Position numbers and translations under genes: made by a program
Assembly (NCBI GenBank): GCA_034521735.1
Contig: JAXHLX010000002.1
Location: forward strand, 57,130 to 121,129
Source: Bacteroidales bacterium
Lineage (GTDB): Bacteria; Bacteroidota; Bacteroidia; Bacteroidales; VadinHA17
DNA length: 64,000 nucleotides
Direction of reading: 5' to 3'
Shown here: piece by piece, positions 48,201-58,915 of the stretch
Layout: each line of letters starts with the position of its first letter
Position numbering within the stretch: position 1 is the stretch's first letter
Notes under the pieces: generated by a model
Databases searched by the model: none
Told to the model about the DNA's origin: nothing
What the model saw: the letters and a program-made list of their open reading frames with translations, nothing else

Positions 48201-48656
48201 ATGAAGAGAGAAGAGAAACTGGAAAAACTAAAATCAATTGATATCCTGCTTGCGGAAGATAACCCCGGAGATGCTGATCTGGCTATAGAAGCGCTGGAAG
48301 AGAGCAAGATGAAAAACCGTTTGTTTACTGTTTCTGACGGACAGGAAGCACTGGATTTTCTCTACAAAAAAGGAAAATACCAGGATATGCCGCGTCCTGA
48401 TTTAATACTGCTTGATTTGAATATGCCCAGGGTGGACGGTCGCGAAGTGCTGAAAATTGTAAAGGAAGACAAGGATCTAAGAAGTATCCCGATAGTCATT
48501 CTTACGACATCGAAAGCGGAGGAGGATATTATAAAATCCTATAACCTTCATGCAAACTGTTATATCTCCAAGCCCCTCGATCTCGATAAGTTTATTGAAG
48601 TGGTAAACAACATCGAAGATTTTTGGATAAGTATTGTAACTCTGCCCAAAAAATAA
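48201..48656 (+). CDS. Single-domain response regulator, Rcp1-like
   Basis: LLAEDNPGD, PRPDLILLDLNMPRVDG, ILTTSKAEEDI..SYNLHANCYISKP, FWISIVTLP. Confidence 0.92.
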   Translation: MKREEKLEKLKSIDILLAEDNPGDADLAIEALEESKMKNRLFTVSDGQEALDFLYKKGKYQDMPRPDLILLDLNMPRVDGREVLKIVKEDKDLRSIPIVILTTSKAEEDIIKSYNLHANCYISKPLDLDKFIEVVNNIEDFWISIVTLPKK

Positions 48657-48664
48657 TATTGAGA

Positions 48665-49810
48665 ATGGAGCAAAAACTCAACATTCTGTTGGTAGAGGAT
48701 AATCCGGGCGATGTAATGCTGATGGAAGAGCTTTTACTGGAAAGTAAGCGATTTAATTTTAGCCTTACCAATGCAGAAACATTAGGGGAGGGACTTGAAC
48801 TGGTACAAAAGGATGATCCTGATATTGTTTTGCTGGATCTTGGCTTACCCGACAGCCAGGGACTGGGAGCGCTGGAAGCAATGCTTGAAAAAGTGAACCA
48901 TATTCCCATTTTGGTTATTACAGGTCTCGACGATGATGAAACAGGCCGGTTAGCAATTAATATGGGAGCACAAAGCTATATTATCAAGGGGTTAACCAGT
49001 GCCCGTGTGCTTACAGATGCCATTACTCATGCGATTGAGCGGAACAACATCCTCCTGGAGCTAAAGAAAAAAGATGCAGAGATGGCGAGAATAAATGCGA
49101 GATTGCAGGATGCCAACCATGCCAAAGAACGTTTAATTGCTTTGCTTTCGCACGATTTAAGGGGACCGGTAAAAACTGTTGTTTCCCTGCTTGAATTACT
49201 CAATGATGGTTTTAATGATTTTAACGATGAGGAGAAAAGGCATCTACTGAACACCTGTGTGAACAGTGGAAAGAGCACGGTGGAATTAATGGAAACCCTT
49301 CTCGATTGGGCCCGGCTGCAGTCGGATGAAAGAAAAATACAAGCCCAAAAGGCTAAGCTAAAGCCTTTTATCGAAAAGTCAATAGAACCTGTCCGGTCAA
49401 TGGCAGCCCAAAAAAATATACTCATCAGCAATAATACATCAGATGATCACTTTTTTTATGCCGACAAAGATATGATTGCAACGGTGGCAAGAAACCTCCT
49501 GACCAATGCCGTAAAATTCACGCCAAAAAACGGTACTGTCACTCTAAAGTCAGAAAAAAGGGCGAATGGGGAAGTGCTTATCTCTGTTGAAGATACAGGA
49601 GTGGGGATAAAAGAAGAAGACATGAGTAAGATTTTTGATATCTCAGCAGGATTTACAACACCGGGAACTGAGAATGAAAAAGGCAACGGATTTGGAATGA
49701 TACTTTGCAAGGAGTTTGTGGAGAAAAATAAGGGGGATATGAAAATAGAAAGTAAAGAAGGTAAAGGCACAAAAATAAGTTTCTCGCTACCGGTTAATAA
49801 TTCTGATTAG
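48665..49810 (+). CDS. Hybrid REC-histidine kinase
   Basis: N-terminal REC (LLVEDNPGD, LLDLGLPDSQG), LSHDLRGP, NLLTNAVKFT, TPGTENEKGNGFG; start at ATG 48665. Confidence 0.9.
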   Translation: MEQKLNILLVEDNPGDVMLMEELLLESKRFNFSLTNAETLGEGLELVQKDDPDIVLLDLGLPDSQGLGALEAMLEKVNHIPILVITGLDDDETGRLAINMGAQSYIIKGLTSARVLTDAITHAIERNNILLELKKKDAEMARINARLQDANHAKERLIALLSHDLRGPVKTVVSLLELLNDGFNDFNDEEKRHLLNTCVNSGKSTVELMETLLDWARLQSDERKIQAQKAKLKPFIEKSIEPVRSMAAQKNILISNNTSDDHFFYADKDMIATVARNLLTNAVKFTPKNGTVTLKSEKRANGEVLISVEDTGVGIKEEDMSKIFDISAGFTTPGTENEKGNGFGMILCKEFVEKNKGDMKIESKEGKGTKISFSLPVNNSD

Positions 49811-50182
49811 CTTCCCTTAATTTTTTAGCCGGTATTTACGTCCGGTCCATTTGAGTATATCGCTGCAAAAGATGATAGTAGCAGACGCAATCAACAAAAC
49901 CCTTTTATAAGTCAGACGAAGGTCCGGGCCCTCCCCCTCATAGCTGATTTTATCTGCAACAGCTATAATTTGGTATATATGTTTGACCAAACATTGAAAA
50001 ATTTTGACGAATGGTCGCAGAAAATTGACTTTTTACGCAACTGACGGCATGATTTATGCGTCTTTATTATAGACGGAGTGTTATTATTTGTGGTGCCGTA
50101 CAGTAATTTAAACAGCTTGAACCCCACTTGTATATTGCCCGTCAAGAATGGAGCTTAAACAATACTCTTTTTTTGTATTATG

Positions 50183-50215
50183 TTTGATTTTATTGATAAA
50201 AAAATTATATCTTTG
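50183..50215 (+). promoter_or_regulatory. rpsO promoter
   Basis: TTTG (50183-86), 21 nt spacer, TATCTTTG (50208-15). Confidence 0.75.
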
Positions 50216-50269
50216 CAGTCCAAATTCAGACAGGTGATTCTGAAAACTAATAATATTTATTTGACGGAT

Positions 50270-50539
50270 ATGTACTTAACAACAGATAAGAAGCAGGAAA
50301 TATTCAAAAGTTATGGCGATTCAGAAATGGATACCGGTAGTGCCGAAGGCCAGATAGCCTTATTCTCATACAGGATCAGCCATCTTACCGATCATCTTAA
50401 GAAAAACAAGAAGGACTTCAGTACACAGAGGGCCCTTGTCAGTCTTGTAGGCAAACGCCGCAGGTTACTGGACTATCTTAAAGGAAAGGATATCGAACGA
50501 TACCGTGAAATCATTAAAGCATTGAAGCTGCGTAAATAA
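50270..50539 (+). CDS. rpsO: 30S ribosomal protein S15
   Basis: 89 aa from ATG 50270; DTGSAEGQIA, LVGKRRRLLDYL. Confidence 0.97.
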   Translation: MYLTTDKKQEIFKSYGDSEMDTGSAEGQIALFSYRISHLTDHLKKNKKDFSTQRALVSLVGKRRRLLDYLKGKDIERYREIIKALKLRK

Positions 50540-50549
50540 GCAATAATTC

Positions 50550-50578
50550 AAAAAGGCAATTTCAGATTGCCTTTTTTT
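50550..50578 (+). terminator. Intrinsic terminator after rpsO
   Basis: AAAAGGCAAT-ttcag-ATTGCCTTTTTTT. Confidence 0.85.
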
Positions 50579-50625
50579 ATTTTATTTGCGTAATTTCGTG
50601 ACCTTAATATAAGGATAATAAAACT

Positions 50626-52878
50626 ATGTTTAAAAAATTTGAAAAAACTATCGACCTCAGCGATGGAAGGACGATAACACTTGAAACAGGCAAAATGGCC
50701 AGGCAGGCCGATGGTTCTGTACTGTTAAAAATGGGCAACACTATGTTGCTTGCCACTGTAGTATCTGCCAGGGAGGCAAGGCAGGATGTTGACTTTATGC
50801 CTCTCTCAGTTGATTATAAGGAGAAATATGCTTCACTCGGAAGATTTCCGGGCGGATTTCTGAAGCGCGAAGCCAGGCCTTCGGATTACGAAGTGCTTAT
50901 TGCAAGGATGGTAGACCGCGCCTTACGTCCCCTCTTCCCGGAGGATTACCATGCCGATACTTTTGTAACCATTAACCTGGTGTCGGCCGATGAGGAAGTG
51001 ATGCCGGATGCACTGGCCGGACTGGCAGCTTCAGCGGCACTGACCGTATCTGATATTCCTTTTGGAGGACCTATCTCTGAAGTGAGGGTGGCCCGCATAG
51101 ACGGTGAATTTCATATAAACCCCCTGATCAGTCAGATAAAGAATGCAGACCTGGATATTATTGTTGCAGCAACAAGTGATAATATACTTATGGTAGAAGG
51201 GGAGATGAAAGAAGTATCCGAAGATGTAATGCTGGAGGCTATTAAATTTGCCCATGAAGAGATAAAGAAGCATTGCAGGGCGCAGCTGGAACTGGCCGAG
51301 ATGGTTGGTGCCACCGAGACACGTGAGTACGGTCATGAAGAGAATGATGAAGATCTGAAAAAGAAAGTATGGGATGAGACTTATAAGAAGGTCTATGATG
51401 TTGTATCCAAAAGGTTAGCCGATAAGCATAAGAGATCAGAAGAGCTGGACAAGGTGCTTGAGGACTTTATGTCTCAGTTCACCGAAGAGGATGAGGTGGA
51501 TGAGAAGCTTGTGGGTAAGTATTTTCATGATGTGCATAAGGAGGCAGCCCGCAAAATGGTGCTTGATGAGAAGCTGAGGCTTGACGGAAGGAAAACAGAC
51601 GAGATAAGACCGATAGAGTGTGAGGTGGATACCCTGCCCGCAGCTCATGGTTCAGCTCTTTTTACCAGGGGCGAGACACAGTCGCTGACAAGTGTGACAC
51701 TGGGTACCAAGCTGGATGAGAAAATGATAGACGAGGTGCTTTTCCGGGGAACGGAAAAGTTTGTTCTTCATTATAATTTCCCGCCTTTCTCAACAGGTGA
51801 TGCAAGGCCTGAAAGGGGCACAAGCCGCCGCGAGGTAGGACATGGTAACCTGGCCCGCAGGGCTCTTAAGAATATGATGCCGCACGATGATGATAATCCC
51901 TATGCCATAAGAGTGGTCTCTGATATACTTGAATCAAACGGTTCTTCCAGTATGGCTACAGTGTGCGCTGGCTCACTGGCACTGATGGATGCAGGTATAA
52001 AAATGCGGAAGGCAGTGTCAGGTATAGCGATGGGACTGATAACCGATACTGAAAGCGGAAAATATGCCGTTCTTTCTGATATACTCGGAGATGAGGATCA
52101 CCTGGGCGATATGGACTTTAAAGTGACAGGTACCAGGGACGGAATAACAGCAACACAGATGGATATAAAGGTTGACGGACTGCCCTATGAAGTGCTTGCC
52201 GAGGCCCTTGATCAGGCCCGCAAAGGGAGGTTGCATATACTGGATAAGATGGAGGAAACCATTAAGGAGCCGCGCGCCGACCTTAAACCGCATGCCCCGA
52301 GGATAGAGAAGATCATTATTCCCAAAGATATGATCGGAGCAATTATTGGTCCGGGTGGAAAAGTAATACAGGAGATACAGAGAGAGACAGAGACCACCAT
52401 AGTTGTGGAAGAAGTTGATCAGATGGGTGTGGTTGATATTTTCGGTGATAACCTGGAGGGTATAACCGAAGCCCTCAACCGCATAAACAGGATAATAGAA
52501 GTTCCCGAGATAGGCAAGACCTATAAAGGAAGGGTAGTCTCAGTTGTCAGCTTTGGTGCTTTTGTCGAGATAATACCTGGCAAGGAAGGACTGTTGCATA
52601 TTTCCGAGATAGAATGGCATAAGATCGATACAGTTGAGGATGTCCTGAAAGAAGGAGATGAGGTTGAGGTTAAGCTGCTGGATATTGACCCGAGGTCGGG
52701 CAAGCTGAAATTATCACGCAAGGCACTGCTGCCAAGGCCGCCAAAAGATCCTAATGATGACAGTCAGGACAGAGGTGGTGACAGAGGTGGTGACAGAGGT
52801 GACAGGAGGCACAGGGATGACGACCGTCGCCAGGACAGGCGTCCGGGAAGCGACCGTGGAAGAGGCTCTCGCAGATAA
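50626..52878 (+). CDS. pnp: Polyribonucleotide nucleotidyltransferase
   Basis: [41 protein letters not shown] (IIGPGG) and S1 domains. Confidence 0.98.
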   Translation: MFKKFEKTIDLSDGRTITLETGKMARQADGSVLLKMGNTMLLATVVSAREARQDVDFMPLSVDYKEKYASLGRFPGGFLKREARPSDYEVLIARMVDRALRPLFPEDYHADTFVTINLVSADEEVMPDALAGLAASAALTVSDIPFGGPISEVRVARIDGEFHINPLISQIKNADLDIIVAATSDNILMVEGEMKEVSEDVMLEAIKFAHEEIKKHCRAQLELAEMVGATETREYGHEENDEDLKKKVWDETYKKVYDVVSKRLADKHKRSEELDKVLEDFMSQFTEEDEVDEKLVGKYFHDVHKEAARKMVLDEKLRLDGRKTDEIRPIECEVDTLPAAHGSALFTRGETQSLTSVTLGTKLDEKMIDEVLFRGTEKFVLHYNFPPFSTGDARPERGTSRREVGHGNLARRALKNMMPHDDDNPYAIRVVSDILESNGSSSMATVCAGSLALMDAGIKMRKAVSGIAMGLITDTESGKYAVLSDILGDEDHLGDMDFKVTGTRDGITATQMDIKVDGLPYEVLAEALDQARKGRLHILDKMEETIKEPRADLKPHAPRIEKIIIPKDMIGAIIGPGGKVIQEIQRETETTIVVEEVDQMGVVDIFGDNLEGITEALNRINRIIEVPEIGKTYKGRVVSVVSFGAFVEIIPGKEGLLHISEIEWHKIDTVEDVLKEGDEVEVKLLDIDPRSGKLKLSRKALLPRPPKDPNDDSQDRGGDRGGDRGDRRHRDDDRRQDRRPGSDRGRGSRR
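52768..52806 (+). repeat. 12-bp coding tandem repeat (DRGG) in the PNPase tail
   Basis: gacagaggtggt x2, then gacagaggt and gacagg. Confidence 0.85.
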
Positions 52879-52902
52879 CTGCAGATAAAGACCGGAAAGA
52901 AT

Positions 52903-52945
52903 AATACGGGCAATGCTTTATTACAGGCATTGCCCGTATTTATTT
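52903..52945 (+). terminator. Intrinsic terminator after pnp
   Basis: AATACGGGCAATGC...GCATTGCCCGTATT followed by a T-rich run. Confidence 0.8.
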
Positions 52946-53003
52946 GGCTTTTAAGTTTAGAAACTTTTATCTTTCCGGGCATTATTGGTTATTTTTATAG
53001 ACT

Positions 53004-53660
53004 ATGAGGGCAGAAAGCGAAAATGATTACCGGTATATTGTTATAGAGGGCAATATAGGGGCTGGTAAAACCAGCCTCGCCAGGATGATATCCGATACTT
53101 TTGATGCCAGGCTTATACTGGAGCGCTTTGCAGATAACCCTTTCCTTCCAAAGTTTTATAAAGATCCCGGCAGATATTCATTCCCCCTTGAACTGTCTTT
53201 TCTGGCTGAAAGATATATGCAGCTGAAAAATGAGACAGGCAATATTGATATCTTCAGTCCCTTTACAGTAGCCGACTTCTATTTTATGAAATCAATAGTG
53301 TTTGCATCGGCTACTCTCGAGGAGGATGAATTTAAGCTTTACCGCAGCTTATTTAATATAATATACCAGTCGCTGCCAAAACCCGACCTTTATATATACC
53401 TGCACGTTGAAGTACCGCGTCTTTTAGAAAACATTGCCCTCAGGGGAAGGGAATATGAAGCGGCAATAGACGAGAAGTACCTGCTTGAAATACAAAAAAG
53501 CTATTTCAGCTGGTTCAGGCAAAATCCGCAGCATACTTACCTTATTCTCGATATTAATAATATTGATTTTGTGAATGAGAAAGAGGATTATTCTAAAATA
53601 CTTGAGACAATATTTGAAAAAAAGCACGATAAAGGCATAAACAGGGCTATTTTAAGATAA
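53004..53660 (+). CDS. Deoxynucleoside kinase (dCK/dGK family)
   Basis: IEGNIGAGKT P-loop, NPFLPKFY, PKPDLYIYL, RGREYE. Confidence 0.92.
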   Translation: MRAESENDYRYIVIEGNIGAGKTSLARMISDTFDARLILERFADNPFLPKFYKDPGRYSFPLELSFLAERYMQLKNETGNIDIFSPFTVADFYFMKSIVFASATLEEDEFKLYRSLFNIIYQSLPKPDLYIYLHVEVPRLLENIALRGREYEAAIDEKYLLEIQKSYFSWFRQNPQHTYLILDINNIDFVNEKEDYSKILETIFEKKHDKGINRAILR

Positions 53661-53764
53661 TTTTAGAGCCAAACTGCTACATATTCTGTATTTTTTTTAT
53701 TAAATTTGCATTATTGTGCTTGTTAATACTTGATCAACAATTAAATAAATTAATATTTGTTACC

Positions 53765-55478
53765 ATGAAAAAAATCAGAAGCTATTTTATTCTCATTATT
53801 GCCGCAGCTGTTCTTTCCGGCTGCAGTGGTTTGAATAAGATGAAAGACAATGCCGACCAGGTGAGATACGAAGTTATTCCCGAGGTGCTTGAAACACACG
53901 CAGGGACTGTCGACCTGACCATAAAAGGCACTTTCCCTGAAGATTATTTCGATAAGAACACTATACTGGAAGGAACTCCGGTGCTTGTTTATGGCGGTGG
54001 GGAAACACAGTTTGAAAATGTTACACTGCAGGGAGAAAATGTTCAGGAAAATAATGAAGTAATTACCAGTTCAGGCGGAAATTTCAGCTATAATAGCTCA
54101 ATTCCTTTTGATGAGGCTATGCGGAAATCAGAATTGATGCTCAGAATTACAGCCACAAGGAAAGGGAAATCAGTTGATTTTGAGCCGACAAAACTTGCTG
54201 ATGGTGTAATAGCTACATCAACACTTGTTCAAAAACCTGCCAGACCAATTATGATGTCTGATAACTTACAAGCGTATTATTGCTGATGATAAGATGGCTG
54301 ATATACATTATCTTATTAACAGGGCCTTTATCAGGAATGAAGAGCTGAAGGCCGAGGATATTGCGGCTATGAAGGAATATCTTGAAACAGTCAAAGGATC
54401 AGAAGACCTTGAGTTTGTGGATATGCTTGTAAGCGCTTATGCATCACCTGACGGTCCGCTTGACTTTAACGAGAATCTTTCAGGAAAGAGGCTGGAGTCA
54501 GCAAGAAAATATATAATGCGCGAATTTGAAAAAGCCGGGATAGAAGATATCAATAAAGAGAGTTTCGTTAACACTGAAACCACATCCGAAGACTGGGAAG
54601 GCTTTAAGGAGAAAGTGGAAAACTCAAATATTGAAAATAAGGACATGATTCTGCGAGTGCTTTCAATGTACTCGGATTCCGCGGTGCGTGAGCAGGAGAT
54701 AAAGAATATGGCAACCACCTTCGAGGTCCTTAAGGATGATATTCTTCCCCAGTTAAGAAGGTCAAAGCTTATTGTTAACGTTAATAAGATTGGGCGATCA
54801 GACGTGGAAATACTTGAGCAGATCAATTCCGATCCTACAGTTCTTGAACTTGAGGAACTGCTGTATGCAGCCACACTGACTGACGACCTTGATGAGCAGC
54901 TGAAGTATTACCAGATTGCTGCAAAGCAGGTGCCCGAATGCCTGAGAGCACATAATAATATTGGTGCTGTCTCGCTTAAACTCGGTAATGTAAGCGATGC
55001 CAAAGCTGCTTTTGAAAAGGCCAAAGCCTTAAAGAATATCGATGTTGTTAAGAATAACCTCGGATTTGTTGCACTGAAAGAAGGCAATATTGAGGAAGCT
55101 GAGGAGTACTTTACATCAATGACCAGCTCAACCGATGAGTCCAAATTCGGGCTTGGTACCATAGCCATCATTAATGGTGAATATGACAAAGCTGTTAACT
55201 ACTTTGCCAATGAGCCTTCATTCAATAATGCGCTGGCACATGTGCTTAAAGATGATCTCAGTAAAGCCAAGAATATGCTGGATAATATGGATGAGGAATG
55301 TCCTGTAGGCTCTTATCTGAAAGCAGTAATCGGTGCAAGGATGGATAACAAGGATTATATGCTTAACGGTCTGCGTGAAGCTATTGAATTTGATGCCAAC
55401 TGGAAAGAATATGCTGCCGATGATATTGAATTTGCCAAATTCTTTAATGACAGTGAATTCACTTCATTGATACAGTAA
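53765..55478 (+). CDS. Conserved Bacteroidales TPR lipoprotein with an OmpA-like middle domain (one +1 frameshift near 54267)
   Basis: Lipobox LSGC, PEVLETHAG, AYASPDG, EDWEGF, ILPQLRRS, TPR tail; fragments join as DN-YKRIIADDK-MADIHY. TAAATTTG promoter at 53701-53708. Confidence 0.82.
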
Positions 55479-55500
55479 ATAATAATATTTGTAAAAATTG

Positions 55501-55532
55501 AATGGTGTCCCACGGCGGGACACCATTTTTTT
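55501..55532. terminator. Intrinsic terminator between convergent genes
   Basis: AATGGTGTCCC-acggc-GGGACACCATT followed by a T-run. Confidence 0.85.
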
Positions 55533-55533
55533 A

Positions 55534-56073
55534 TTACCGGCTGCCGTAATAAACTTTCGAGAAGAGATCCCATAAGACAATTCCTGCGCTGACCGATATG
55601 TTAAATGAATGTTTGGTTCCGAACTGGGGTATCTCCAGGCAAAGATCTGACATATCGATAATCTCCTGCTGTACACCCTTTACTTCATGGCCGAAGACCA
55701 GGCCGTATTTGTCCTTTATGCCAGGAATGAAATCCTGCAGATATACAGATCCCTCAGCCTGTTCCAGGGATAATATCTTATATCCCTTTGATTTCAGCTC
55801 ATTCACCGCCTCTGCTGTCTCTTTATAGTAATGCCATTCTACTGACTCAGTGGCACCAAGAGCCGTCTTGTGGATATCGCGGTGGGGTGGTGTTGCCGTG
55901 ATGCCGCATAAATATACAGCTTCGGCCTTGAGGCAATCAGCTGTTCTGAATACCGAGCCGATATTATTCAGGCTCCTTACATTATCGAGTATAATGGTAA
56001 ACGGACTCTTGTCCGATCGCCGGAATTCCTCGGCTGTCTTTCTATCCAGTTCCGACATTTTAAGCTTGCGCAT
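55534..56073 (-). CDS. TrmH/SpoU family RNA 2'-O-methyltransferase
   Basis: ILDNVRSLNNIGSVFRTAD, VFGHEVKGV, IPQFGTKHSFNISV (SPOUT motifs). Confidence 0.92.
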   Translation of the reverse strand: MRKLKMSELDRKTAEEFRRSDKSPFTIILDNVRSLNNIGSVFRTADCLKAEAVYLCGITATPPHRDIHKTALGATESVEWHYYKETAEAVNELKSKGYKILSLEQAEGSVYLQDFIPGIKDKYGLVFGHEVKGVQQEIIDMSDLCLEIPQFGTKHSFNISVSAGIVLWDLFSKVYYGSR

Positions 56074-56212
56074 AACATCAGCATTTTTTACTAAAATAGA
56101 GAAAAAAAATGTAATTTGGCTGTCGTTTAATGAACGGGGTAAGACGAAAATGAAACGGACGCAGTGCTCCCATAAAAGAAGTTAGTAATTAAATATAAAA
56201 TATTTTAAACCT

Positions 56213-57403
56213 ATGAATATTCACGAGTACCAGGGAATATCAATCCTGAAAAACAATAATGTCCGTATTGCAGAAGGCTTTGTTGCTGAAACACCCGAAC
56301 AGGCTGTAATGGTTGCAGAGCAGCTTAAATCAAAATTCGGATCGGATAAGTTTGTTGTTAAAGCCCAGATCCATGCAGGAGGAAGAGGCAAGGGCGGTGG
56401 TGTGCTTATAGCCAAATCTCTTAGTGAGGTTGAAGAGCTGGCTGCAAAAATCCTGGGAATGCAGCTTGTCACACACCAGACCGGACCTGAAGGCAAAAAA
56501 GTAAATAAAGTATTAATATCTCAGAATGTTTATTATCCGGGTGAGTCAGAACCGGAAGAGTATTATATGGGGGTGCTGCTTGACCGCGACACAGGCAGGC
56601 ATGTTATTATGTATTCACCTGAAGGAGGCGTGGACATTGAGTCAGTGGCGGAAAAAACACCTCAGCTGATCTTCAGGGAGTATATTGATCCATGTGTGGG
56701 TTTACAGGCCTACCAGGCAAGAAGGATAGCCTTTAACCTGGAACTGAAGGGTGATGCATACAAGGATATGCTGAGATTTGTTCCCGGACTTTATGATTCC
56801 TTTATAAACAGTGATGCCCAGCTTCTTGAGATTAACCCGGTACTTAAGACAAGTGATAATAAGATTCTTGCTATTGACTGCAAAACCAGCATTGACGACA
56901 GTGCCCTGTTCAGGCATAAGGATATTATGGCTATGAGAGACCTGTCCGAAGAAGACCCTACGGAGCTTGAAGCCGGTGAATATAATCTTAATTTTGTTAA
57001 GCTCGATGGTAACGTTGGATGCATGGTTAACGGCGCCGGTCTTGCCATGGCTACCATGGACCTGATAAAGTTATCGGGTGGCAATCCTGCCAACTTCCTT
57101 GATGTAGGGGGCACTGCCAGTGCTGAAACGGTGGAAGCAGGATTCAGGATAATACTTAAGGACCCAAATGTAAAGGCAATACTTATAAATATTTTCGGAG
57201 GCATTGTAAGGTGCGACAGGGTGGCAAACGGTGTTGTTGAAGCCTGCAAATCAATAGGATCATTGCCTGTTCCCGTTATAGTCAGACTGCAGGGGACAAA
57301 TGCTGAAGAGGCTAAAGAGATAATCGATAATTCAGGGCTGCAGGTATACTCAGCAGTATCATTTGAGGATGCTGCTGTCAGGGTTAAAGAGCTGATAGCC
57401 TGA
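56213..57403 (+). CDS. sucC: Succinyl-CoA synthetase beta subunit
   Basis: MNIHEYQG, KAQIHAGGRGKGGG, EINP, VNGAGLAMATMD, PANFLDVGG, NIFGGIVRCD. Confidence 0.97.
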   Translation: MNIHEYQGISILKNNNVRIAEGFVAETPEQAVMVAEQLKSKFGSDKFVVKAQIHAGGRGKGGGVLIAKSLSEVEELAAKILGMQLVTHQTGPEGKKVNKVLISQNVYYPGESEPEEYYMGVLLDRDTGRHVIMYSPEGGVDIESVAEKTPQLIFREYIDPCVGLQAYQARRIAFNLELKGDAYKDMLRFVPGLYDSFINSDAQLLEINPVLKTSDNKILAIDCKTSIDDSALFRHKDIMAMRDLSEEDPTELEAGEYNLNFVKLDGNVGCMVNGAGLAMATMDLIKLSGGNPANFLDVGGTASAETVEAGFRIILKDPNVKAILINIFGGIVRCDRVANGVVEACKSIGSLPVPVIVRLQGTNAEEAKEIIDNSGLQVYSAVSFEDAAVRVKELIA

Positions 57404-57405
57404 TA

Positions 57406-58653
57406 TTACCAGCTTACTGCCTGCCGGACAAGGGGCATGGTCATGCACCGGGCCCCTCCGCCACCGCGGGCCAGCTCTGATCCCTCAATACCAATGATGC
57501 ACCTGTCATAGTCATTGATATTAACCTTATTCTCAATAAGCTCCCTGGCCCTGATAATCTCAAACCCCTTGGCTGACAGTTCATCGAGGGTGTGACTGTT
57601 CCTTATATAGCCTATCAGCTTGCCGGGGGCCAGGGCAAAGAAATTGGCGCCGCTGTGCCACTGTTCACGCTCCTGTACCCATATATCATTGCTGCTGCCG
57701 CAGATGGCCGGACTGAGATCCATCCCGAGGTCCCTCAGTGCCGATGGTATATTATCAACCTCGCTGATTGATGCCACTTTTTTATTCTCGATAGTGATTT
57801 TTGCCGTCTGATATTTATTGCTTTTATGTATAATGGGATCGAAAGCCATATACAGATCTTTATCCAGCATGGTAAAGACCATGTCAAGATGAATGAATGA
57901 TTCCGGTGAATACGGAAGCTCCTGTACAATAATATGGAACCTGTCTCTTGTGAACCTTGTCGATTCCTCAATTAACCTGTCAATACCTTCCGTACTCGTT
58001 CTGACACCATTGCCCACCAGCATGATATCATCCCTGGCAATAAGTATATCGCCGCCTTCAAAAGTGCAGGCTGAGCAGTTGCCGGACAGGTATTCAGGGT
58101 TCAGAATTCTTGTCTTAAAGTCTTTATGATAGCTGAAAATGGTGTTCATAATATCAGCCTCCCTCTGCCTTACCTTACTGGCCATTTGCCCTATAAGCAC
58201 AGATTCGCCTATGACCACTGCTGAATCGCGGGTAAAGAAGAAATTATGCAAAGGCCTCAGCTCAAACCTGTCTTTACTGAGGAATTTGGTGAGATTATTT
58301 CTTTCAATCGGCAATCCTTCAATAAGTGCAGAAGCCAGATGATTATTATCCAGTGCGTCGAGTCTTGACAGTAGTTGATTATCTCCGCGGGAAACTTTTC
58401 TTACCAGGCTGTTGCGGGCCTCTGTGTCAGAAATGCTTTCCGTAAGGAGGTCTTTTACCTCGTAGGTAGGGGATACTTTTTTAAGTACGCCACTGAACTG
58501 GCTGTACTCTTCACCTGCAACCGAGAGATTCAGTATATCACTGTAAAGGGCACGCTCTGCATTCTTGGGAGTCATGTTTTCAACCTCCGGACCGGGAGTA
58601 TGGATGATGACAGCGTCAAGAACGCCTATCTCCGAATTTACTTTTAGCTTCAT
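57406..58653 (-). CDS. arcA: Arginine deiminase family protein
   Basis: VNSEIGVL..VIIHTPG, FFTRD, FEGGD, IHLDMV, SELARGGGGARCMTMP; catalytic Asp/His/Cys present. Confidence 0.88.
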   Translation of the reverse strand: MKLKVNSEIGVLDAVIIHTPGPEVENMTPKNAERALYSDILNLSVAGEEYSQFSGVLKKVSPTYEVKDLLTESISDTEARNSLVRKVSRGDNQLLSRLDALDNNHLASALIEGLPIERNNLTKFLSKDRFELRPLHNFFFTRDSAVVIGESVLIGQMASKVRQREADIMNTIFSYHKDFKTRILNPEYLSGNCSACTFEGGDILIARDDIMLVGNGVRTSTEGIDRLIEESTRFTRDRFHIIVQELPYSPESFIHLDMVFTMLDKDLYMAFDPIIHKSNKYQTAKITIENKKVASISEVDNIPSALRDLGMDLSPAICGSSNDIWVQEREQWHSGANFFALAPGKLIGYIRNSHTLDELSAKGFEIIRARELIENKVNINDYDRCIIGIEGSELARGGGGARCMTMPLVRQAVSW

Positions 58654-58718
58654 GTGCTTCTTCAGTTATGCTGTTTATTAGTGGATATTCACAGAGTGGC
58701 TGTGCGGCTTAAAAGCTA

Positions 58719-58907
58719 TCAGTCTTTTCTGTGTGATCCGTCGCAGAAAGGTTTTTTTGATGATTTTCCGCATCTGCAAAGATATACTTCTGAGCCTGAT
58801 TCAACAGGAAAATTATTTTCTTTCAGCAAGGTAAAGCTGCCGGCAACTTTAAGAGGACCGTTCCTGATTATAGTTATAAGGGGTGTTTTTGATTTATCCT
58901 GCATCAT
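58719..58907 (-). CDS. CDGSH iron-sulfur domain protein
   Basis: NGPL...LCRCGKSSKKPFCDGSH. Confidence 0.9.
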   Translation of the reverse strand: MMQDKSKTPLITIIRNGPLKVAGSFTLLKENNFPVESGSEVYLCRCGKSSKKPFCDGSHRKD

Positions 58908-58915
58908 TTAATTTA

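Noticed and set aside
43802-48656. Bacteriophytochrome light sensor
   Set aside because: Only the kinase and receiver are Cph1/Rcp1-like; there is no PAS-GAF-PHY module or PASDIP motif, and no LOV NCRFLQ motif.
50180-50269. N-terminal extension of S15 (similar extensions on lptC, mfd, lysC, glnA, 48623 and 53714 ORFs)
   Set aside because: Longest-ORF artefacts: they overlap promoter elements, leaders or upstream genes, and downstream starts give canonical proteins.
52768-52878. DRGG repeat tail of PNPase as a novelty
   Set aside because: Low-complexity R/D/G-rich tails are common on bacterial PNPases.
56213-57403. sucC without adjacent sucD
   Set aside because: The two genes are commonly unlinked in Bacteroidota.
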